From Candidatus Electronema halotolerans (GTDB taxonomy: Bacteria; Desulfobacterota; Desulfobulbia; Desulfobulbales; Desulfobulbaceae), in the NCBI GenBank assembly GCA_942493095.1, contig OW818675.1, forward strand, positions 1,740,001-1,772,000: a DNA stretch of 32,000 bases, given 5' to 3'. Numbering within the stretch: position 1 is the first letter of the stretch; each line of letters begins with the position of its first letter. Under the pieces are notes generated by a model. The model made no database searches. It saw only the letters and a program-made list of their open reading frames with translations, and was not told the DNA's origin. Shown here piece after piece: positions 26,336-32,000 of the stretch. A program made the position numbers and the translations under genes.

Positions 26336-27072
26336 CAATTAAACAAAAGATTATTATTATAATCTTGAATGAACCTCCAGACAGATGCAGTTAAATTTTC
26401 GATGCTTCTCGAAAATGAAATGGTCTTTCTGACAAGTGCAGACAATCTTTGTCTGAATGTCAAATTGAGCCTTTCGATATGACTTGTTTTTCCGCTTCCT
26501 TTGCTGACAATTCTATGCCTTTCAGCTGGAAACACGCTCGAATAAGCGGCGAGTCCATCCGTAAAAAATATTCCGTTCTTTTTGCAATCTTCAGAAAGGG
26601 AGTCCCACAAGGCGGCTGCTCCTGCATTATCTCTTTTTCCAACATGATACCCGACAATAAGCTTTGTTCTTCTCTCGATAGCAAGCCATATCCAAATATC
26701 ATTTTCCTTGTCACCAACGAAAGTCCACATTTCATCGGCTTCGATGAAGATTTTTCCGTTGCGGGACATATTGAAAGCCTCTTTTTTGACTTCATTTCGT
26801 TTTTTTTTAACATATTCCTGAAGCCATCTTTTTGAGATGGAAACGGCTCTCGCAATCCCAGCCAATGAGATTCTTTCAACAAGAAGCTTATCAACTATGC
26901 GCCATTCAGCATCAGATATTGTTTTGTTCTGAGGATTCTCAACGAATTGACGTGAGCAGTCCTTACATAAAAATTTCTTTTTCCCATTCGCATTGGAGCC
27001 ATTTTTCACAATGACTGATGAACCACATCTTGGGCATTGCACAGCTTTCTTCTCCATGTTTGTTTTTTTCAT
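26335..27072 (-). CDS. IS1-family transposase (single fused ORF, 245 aa)
   Basis: N-terminal zinc finger CPRCGS...CKDCSRQF, then a helix-turn-helix region. DDE-type blocks are FIEADEMWTFVG, IFFTDGLAAYSSVFP and KTSHIERLNLTFRQRLSALVRKTISFS. Confidence 0.88.
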   Translation of the reverse strand: MKKTNMEKKAVQCPRCGSSVIVKNGSNANGKKKFLCKDCSRQFVENPQNKTISDAEWRIVDKLLVERISLAGIARAVSISKRWLQEYVKKKRNEVKKEAFNMSRNGKIFIEADEMWTFVGDKENDIWIWLAIERRTKLIVGYHVGKRDNAGAAALWDSLSEDCKKNGIFFTDGLAAYSSVFPAERHRIVSKGSGKTSHIERLNLTFRQRLSALVRKTISFSRSIENLTASVWRFIQDYNNNLLFN

Positions 27073-27177
27073 AATGACGGCTTGACATGCGCATCCGACG
27101 AAGAGCCGATGGGACAGAGAGCATCCCTTGCCGCCAGTATATTATATTTTCCATCAATTTCAACATATTTTCAACCC

Positions 27178-27202
27178 ATCACTCACGATTCACCATTACC
27201 TG
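27178..27202. repeat. IS1-family terminal inverted repeat (right as drawn)
   Basis: The reverse complement is CAGGTAATGGTGAATCGTGAGTGAT, with mismatches to the left repeat at positions 6, 15 and 16. Confidence 0.85.
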
Positions 27203-27209
27203 ATGATGA
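27203..27209. repeat. Target-site duplication, right copy
   Basis: ATGATGA lies directly after the right inverted repeat and extends to ATGATGACA (27203-27211). Confidence 0.75.
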
Positions 27210-27355
27210 CACGCTGCATTCAGCAGAAGAAAAGCGATTTTACGCACTCGGCAGAACTGACAGAGATAGACGGCTTTTTGTTGTTTTCACCATCAGGATG
27301 AATTTGATCAGAATCATTTCTGCAAGGGACATGAGCCGTAAGGAAAGGAAGATAT

Positions 27356-27628
27356 ATGGCGATGAAAAAAATTCCTAAATTTAAGAACGCAGACGAGGAA
27401 CGGGCATTTTGGCAGAAACATGACTCTGCGGAATTCATTGATTGGAGCAAAGCGGAACAGCTCGTTCTTCCTAAGCTCAAACCATCTGTTAAAAAAATAT
27501 CGCTCAGACTCCCTGAATCCATGCTGGAAGAGCTGAAGCTGCTGGCCAGAAAACGTGATGTTTCCTATCAGTCCCTGCTGAAGATGTTCTTGGCTGAACG
27601 GCTTGAAAAAGAGTTGGGCGCACACTGA
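27356..27628 (+). CDS. brnA: BrnA-type (CopG/RHH) antitoxin, apparently intact
   Basis: The sequence [23 protein letters not shown]...[39 protein letters not shown] is typical of BrnA. It overlaps the 3' end of the split brnT by 23 nt. The ATG at 27362 is an alternative start. Confidence 0.75.
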   Translation: MAMKKIPKFKNADEERAFWQKHDSAEFIDWSKAEQLVLPKLKPSVKKISLRLPESMLEELKLLARKRDVSYQSLLKMFLAERLEKELGAH

Positions 27629-27647
27629 ATTTTTTCCCAAAAAGAGC

Positions 27648-28655
27648 ATGCACAAGATACTTGTCACCGGCGCGGCTGGATTTATTGGCCACAGTTTGTC
27701 CAAACGTCTGCTTGAGGCGGGCCGCACTGTTGTCGGCTTGGATAACCTCAACGACTACTATGATCCAAACCTGAAAAAGGCGCGGCTGGAGCAGCTTCTC
27801 GCGTTTCCCGGCTTCCGTCATGCGAATTTTGACATGGCTGACCGGGCCAAGATGGAGCAGCTTTTTGCCGCAGAGCAGTTTGATGCAGTCGTCAACTTGG
27901 CCGCTCAAGCCGGGGTGCGCTACTCGCTGATCAACCCGCACTCGTATGTTGACACCAACATTGTCGGCTTCCTCAATGTGCTGGAAGGCTGCCGCCACAA
28001 CAAGGTCAAGCATCTGCTCTATGCCTCGTCCAGCTCGGTCTATGGGGCCAACACCGCCATGCCTTTTTCCGTGCATGACAATGTTGACCACCCGGTTTCG
28101 CTCTATGCGGCCTCCAAAAAGGCCAATGAGCTGATGGCGCACAGCTACAGCCATCTCTACGGCCTGCCCTGCACCGGCCTGCGCTTCTTCACCGTCTATG
28201 GGCCGTGGGGCAGGCCGGACATGGCCTTGTTCCTCTTCACCAAGGCGATTCTGGAAGATCAGCCAGTCAACATCTTCAACAATGGCGACATGGAGCGCGA
28301 CTTCACCTACATCGACGACATTGTCGAGGGAGTGTTCCGGCTGATTGATCATCTGCCTGTGCCTGACCCAAACTGGAGTGGCGACCAGCCTGACTCGGCG
28401 ACCAGCTACTGTCCGTGGCGGCTTTACAACATCGGCAACAACGCCAAGCAGCAGTTGCTGCGCTACATTGAGGTGCTGGAGGACTGCCTTGGTAAAAAGG
28501 CGATTCGCAATTATATGCCCATGCAGGCGGGCGATGTCCGGGCAACGTATGCTGATGTTGATGACTTGGTGCGGGAGATCGGCTTCAAGCCGCAGACTGC
28601 GATTGAGACGGGCATTAAAAATTTTGTCGAGTGGTATCGCAGCTATTACGGTTGA
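27648..28655 (+). CDS. NAD-dependent nucleotide-sugar epimerase (UDP-glucuronate 4-epimerase-like SDR)
   Basis: The start was moved to [17 protein letters not shown] (Rossmann GxxGxxG). Other motifs are YASSSSVYG and the catalytic YAASKKANE (YxxxK). Confidence 0.88.
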   Translation: MHKILVTGAAGFIGHSLSKRLLEAGRTVVGLDNLNDYYDPNLKKARLEQLLAFPGFRHANFDMADRAKMEQLFAAEQFDAVVNLAAQAGVRYSLINPHSYVDTNIVGFLNVLEGCRHNKVKHLLYASSSSVYGANTAMPFSVHDNVDHPVSLYAASKKANELMAHSYSHLYGLPCTGLRFFTVYGPWGRPDMALFLFTKAILEDQPVNIFNNGDMERDFTYIDDIVEGVFRLIDHLPVPDPNWSGDQPDSATSYCPWRLYNIGNNAKQQLLRYIEVLEDCLGKKAIRNYMPMQAGDVRATYADVDDLVREIGFKPQTAIETGIKNFVEWYRSYYG

Positions 28656-28667
28656 GGCGAATATTCC

Positions 28668-29480
28668 ATGACCCTGCTGCAATCCTTTGTCCTCGGTCTT
28701 GTCCAAGGACTGACTGAATTCATTCCTGTTTCCAGCTCCGGTCACTTAGTGCTGGTCCCGCACCTGCTCGGCTGGCATTTTCCAAAAGATCAGAGTTTTG
28801 TTTTTGATGTGCTGGTTCAGCTCGGCACTTTGGCAGCAGTGGTCGTCTATTATTGGCAGGACTTGACTGCCATAGCCCGCGCTTTCCTCCTTGGCTTGGT
28901 GCGGCGGCAGCCTTTTGCCGAGGCAGATGCCCGCATGGGCTGGTTCCTGATTCTCGCCACTCTGCCAGCGGTCGTCGTTGGACTGTTAGCCAAAGACTTG
29001 GTGGAACAGGCCTTTGCCAGTCCGAAAATGACCGGAGTCTTTCTGCTCTGCACCGCTATCCTGCTGCTGATTGCGGAAAAAGCAGGCAATCGTTGCCGCT
29101 CCATGCAGGAGCTTGATTGGAAGGACAGCCTCTGGATTGGCTTTTCCCAAGTCTTAGCCCTGCTGCCAGGCGTGTCCCGCTCCGGCGCGACCTTGGCAGG
29201 CGGCATGACCCGGCATTTGGACCGGCCTGCCGCAGCCCGCTTCTCCTTTCTGATGTCCGTGCCGGTCATGGTCGGTGCAAGTGTGCTGGCCGCAAAAGAC
29301 CTGCTCGATCTGCCTGCGCTGCATGATTTCCTCCTGCCTCTGCTGCTCGGCTTTCTCACGGCAATGGTCTCCGGCTATCTTGCCATCCGCTGGCTGATCA
29401 CCTATCTGAGCAGACATTCCTTGCACATTTTTGCCGGATACTGTGCCGCAGTCGGCCTGCTGCTTGTGCTGCTGCTGTGA
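28668..29480 (+). CDS. uppP: Undecaprenyl-diphosphate phosphatase
   Basis: Motifs GLTEFIPVSSSGHL and LPGVSRSGATL in a polytopic 270-aa membrane protein. Confidence 0.92.
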   Translation: MTLLQSFVLGLVQGLTEFIPVSSSGHLVLVPHLLGWHFPKDQSFVFDVLVQLGTLAAVVVYYWQDLTAIARAFLLGLVRRQPFAEADARMGWFLILATLPAVVVGLLAKDLVEQAFASPKMTGVFLLCTAILLLIAEKAGNRCRSMQELDWKDSLWIGFSQVLALLPGVSRSGATLAGGMTRHLDRPAAARFSFLMSVPVMVGASVLAAKDLLDLPALHDFLLPLLLGFLTAMVSGYLAIRWLITYLSRHSLHIFAGYCAAVGLLLVLLL

Positions 29481-29487
29481 GAAACGC

Positions 29488-31344
29488 ATGTGCGGCATAA
29501 GCGGCTTCGCGGCCTGCTTCCCTTCAGTCAGCCGGGAGCAGCTCCGGCGGATGAACAGCAGTCTCAGCCATCGCGGCCCGGATGATGCTGGAATTCATAT
29601 TTTCAACGAATCCGGCAGACCGGAAAAGCCGTGCGTTGGTCTGGCCCATCGCCGCCTGAGCATCATTGATCTGTCCGCTGCTGGTCAGCAGCCAATGGGC
29701 AATGAGGACGGCAGCCTCTGGATCAGCTACAATGGCGAATGCTACAACTATCAGCCCCTGCTGCACGAACTGAGTAAAGAAGGTCATGCGTTCACTTCAG
29801 CAACAGACACCGAAGTCCTGCTGCACGGCTATGAGCAATGGGGCTTGCGCGGGCTGCTGGAGCGTCTCAACGGCATGTTTGCTTTCGCCCTCTGGGATCA
29901 GTGCAGTGGAGAGCTGATTTTGGTCAGAGACCGGCTGGGCAAGAAGCCGCTCTATTATCTCCAGCAGGAGGACGGCACGTTGTTCTTTGCCTCGGAGATC
30001 AAAGCCTTTGCCGCTGCTGGCGTTCTTGATGCCCAAGATATAGACGCAGCAGCCCTGATTCAGTTCTGGTCGTATGGCTACAGTACCGGTGCCCGGACCA
30101 TGTACAAGAAGGTGCGCCGGGTTCTGCCGGGCCATTACTTGGTCTGGAAGGATGGCGGCATTTCTCAGCATGAATACTGGGATGTCCGCTTTGGCCTTGA
30201 TCCGGCTCCGCAGCGGACAATGGACGATCTGGCCGACGAGCTGGAGAGTCTGCTGACCGATGCGGTGCGCCTGCGCCTGATTGCTGATGTTCCAGTTGGA
30301 GTCTTTCTGTCCGGCGGCATTGATTCCAGCCTGATTGCCGCCTTGGCCGCCAAGGTGACGCAGGGCGGCATCCGCTCCTTTTCCATCGGCTTTGCAGAGA
30401 AGCAGTTTGATGAAACCCAGTATGCGCAAGCAGTTGCCGAGCATCTGGGCATTGACAACACCCTGCTCCGGGTCGAAGACAATCTTCAGTCTTTCTTCCG
30501 GCCCATTGCCCTCCATTTTGATGAGCTGTTCGGTGATTCCTCAGCCATTCCAACGTGGTTTGTCAGTAAGTTGGCCAAAGAGCATGTCACGGTTGCATTG
30601 ACAGGAGATGCCGGAGATGAGCTGTTTGCCGGTTATGACAGCTATGCCAAAGCATTGAGCATCTGGGGAACAAAAGAGCAGCGCAGACTCTTCAAAGGCC
30701 GGGTCAGCAAGTTCCAGCAGCTTGTTGATTTTCTCCAGCTCCGCTTTGTCCCGAAAGAGCAGCGGCTTTTGGCTCTGGAACGAATCATGCCTGCAATCTT
30801 CCTCAAAAAGGTCTTGCAAGAAGGTGTTCTCAACCCAGTCACTATCCAAGATGCTCTCCACGACAGGAAACAGTGGCAGGTGCGGGCTGCTGGAGCCGAC
30901 CTGCTCAGTCAGCTCCAATATCTCAATCTAAAGAGCTATCTGCCAGATGATATTCTTGTTAAGGTTGACCGGATGAGCATGGCCCATGCCTTGGAGTGCC
31001 GCAGCCCCTTGCTTGACTACCGGGTTGTGGAGTTTGCCGCCCGACTCTCCTTTGCTCAGAAAATCAGCCCGGAAGGCAAAGGGAAATATCTGCTGCGTCA
31101 TCTCCTACAACGCTATCTGCCAGAGCAACTCATTGATCGGCCCAAGATGGGCTTTTCCGTTCCTTGGTCTGAGTGGTGCAAAGGGCCGCTGGGACAAGAG
31201 ATCAAGGAGCAATGGCGCAGCATGAACACGCCTTGGTTCCGCAGCGAGGCCGCAGACCTGCTCTTTCCTGAACGCAAGCTGGGCTGGCCTGCGCGGCAGT
31301 GGAATGCCTTCTGCATTGTTAACTTTTTTGGCAATCAGTATTGA
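29488..31344 (+). CDS. asnB: Asparagine synthase (glutamine-hydrolysing) family amidotransferase
   Basis: The start was moved to MCGISGF (N-terminal nucleophile Cys2). The GATase-II region reads RGPDD..HRRLSIID. The PP-loop is VFLSGGIDSS. Confidence 0.9.
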   Translation: MCGISGFAACFPSVSREQLRRMNSSLSHRGPDDAGIHIFNESGRPEKPCVGLAHRRLSIIDLSAAGQQPMGNEDGSLWISYNGECYNYQPLLHELSKEGHAFTSATDTEVLLHGYEQWGLRGLLERLNGMFAFALWDQCSGELILVRDRLGKKPLYYLQQEDGTLFFASEIKAFAAAGVLDAQDIDAAALIQFWSYGYSTGARTMYKKVRRVLPGHYLVWKDGGISQHEYWDVRFGLDPAPQRTMDDLADELESLLTDAVRLRLIADVPVGVFLSGGIDSSLIAALAAKVTQGGIRSFSIGFAEKQFDETQYAQAVAEHLGIDNTLLRVEDNLQSFFRPIALHFDELFGDSSAIPTWFVSKLAKEHVTVALTGDAGDELFAGYDSYAKALSIWGTKEQRRLFKGRVSKFQQLVDFLQLRFVPKEQRLLALERIMPAIFLKKVLQEGVLNPVTIQDALHDRKQWQVRAAGADLLSQLQYLNLKSYLPDDILVKVDRMSMAHALECRSPLLDYRVVEFAARLSFAQKISPEGKGKYLLRHLLQRYLPEQLIDRPKMGFSVPWSEWCKGPLGQEIKEQWRSMNTPWFRSEAADLLFPERKLGWPARQWNAFCIVNFFGNQY

Positions 31345-31374
31345 TCAATATAAATAATTACAAGGTGATTATCG

Positions 31375-32000
31375 AATGAAGCATGAAATATCAAATGATT
31401 TATGGAATATACTTATATGTAGTTACTGTGGATGTGAAATAGAATCACATGAAAATGGAGCTAAATGCTTTAAATGTAGTACTTATTATCCATGTACCGA
31501 CTATGGATCACTCGATCTTCGTTTAAAAAAGTGTAAAAAATATAGCCTCGAGTTTAACATAGGTAACGATCTGTTTCCAGATAAAAAAAATGATTTTAAA
31601 CCATTGCCTATAAATAAAGATAGTTGGATTGATTTTTCTAAAATCAATTATACAGGAAATCTTCAGAAGGAAATTATAAGTTTTTTTCCGAGACCAAAGA
31701 ATGATAAGAGCAAAATGCTTGACCTTGGTTGTGGTAAAGCTGTTCATAGAGAGATTTGTGAGCATGCAGGTTTTATTTGGACAGGTTTAGATTATTATTC
31801 AGATAACGCCTTAATATTAGCGGATGCTCATTCTCTACCTTTTAAGGATAATTCATTTGAATTTATCTTTTCATATGCAGTGCTTGAGCATATTAGATTT
31901 CCTTTTATAGTTATGCGTGAAGTTCATAGGGTCTTACAGCCTGGTGGAAAATTCATAGGTACAGTTGCATTTCTTGAGCCATTTCATGGCAATAGCTTTT
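31375..32000 (+). CDS. Class I SAM-dependent methyltransferase with an N-terminal Cys-rich zinc-ribbon-like segment; the 3' end lies outside the window
   Basis: This ORF is not in the ORF track because it has no stop in the window. My own translation is MKHEISNDLWNILICSYCGCEIESHENGAKCFKCSTYY...MLDLGCGKAVH (motif I)...LPFKDNSFEFIFS...VLQPGGKFIG. An AAGGTGA Shine-Dalgarno lies upstream. GC is about 33%. Confidence 0.75.

Larger units (their letters stand above)
26311..27202 (-). mobile_element. IS1-family insertion sequence (about 890 bp)
   Basis: The terminal inverted repeats match at 22/25 positions and have GGTGATG / GGTAATG tips, like E. coli IS1. There is a single transposase ORF and a flanking direct duplication. 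The insertion lies inside a recognisable gene. Confidence 0.85.
26162..27378 (+). pseudogene. brnT: brnT-type toxin gene disrupted by IS insertion (N-terminal fragment 26162-26312, C-terminal fragment 27203-27378)
   Basis: The N-terminal fragment reads MDKAHQQLLRQCCGFDWDEGNVEKNRIKHDVVPSECEQIFFNRPLLIHDD. The C-terminal fragment reads [55 protein letters not shown]. Removing the IS and one target-duplication copy gives an uninterrupted 318-nt (105-aa) ORF. Confidence 0.8.

Noticed and set aside
25358-26338. 326-aa minus-strand ORF opposite the aldolase gene and reaching into the IS end
   Set aside because: It has no motifs, and the plus strand carries the aldolase zinc-ligand signatures. It is only kept open by GC-rich antisense sequence. 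The same reasoning applies to 27504-28745 (-) opposite the epimerase, 29797-30516 (-) opposite asnB, 23316-24113 (-) opposite hemC, and 4600-5463 and 6903-7766 (-) opposite the kinases.
27037-27378. 113-aa ORF that appears to be an intact gene
   Set aside because: It is a chimera. Its first ~55 codons read out of the IS1 end (antisense to the transposase 5' region and across the inverted repeat). Only the last ~58 codons are genuine brnT C-terminal sequence.
1-32000. Search for tRNA, rRNA, tmRNA, CRISPR arrays, integrases and phage genes
   Set aside because: No T-loop-like GGTTCGAATCC-type motifs occur in the intergenic regions. There are no regularly spaced direct repeats and no integrase/recombinase-like ORFs. 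The only mobile element seen is the IS1-family copy.

Overview
This is a 32-kb, tightly packed bacterial chromosomal segment. It is mostly high-GC, about 60-65% by hand counts on sample lines. All family calls were made by eye from motifs in the supplied translations, and no searches were run.

Left to right, the window contains:
- The 3' end of a NifE/NifD-like gene, then comEC on the minus strand.
- An AT-rich non-coding stretch with a near-consensus sigma70 promoter and an abutting palindrome.
- A roughly 10-kb translationally coupled signalling operon that runs into tilS. It encodes REC, a polytopic HK, a PAS hybrid HK-REC, a CheB-CheR-PAS fusion, a Cache/PAS HK and a second REC.
- A HEAT-like/cNMP-like/PilZ protein on the minus strand.
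- Housekeeping genes maf, an M23 peptidase, tmk, pdxA and dtd.
- A sharply AT-rich (about 30% GC) two-gene cassette: a 3-TM protein overlapping a class III nucleotidyl-cyclase homologue. A BrnT/BrnA-like toxin-antitoxin pair follows it. This cassette is the best candidate in the window for a defence system, namely Pycsar-like cyclic-nucleotide abortive infection, possibly a divergent variant.
- A nitroreductase, hemC and a class II aldolase.
- A second brnTA locus whose toxin gene is split by an IS1-family element. The inverted repeats and target duplication are visible, and in-silico excision restores the reading frame.
- An envelope/glycan block: a UDP-sugar epimerase, uppP, an asnB-type amidotransferase and an AT-rich methyltransferase that runs off the window.

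No rRNA, tRNA or CRISPR array was seen.
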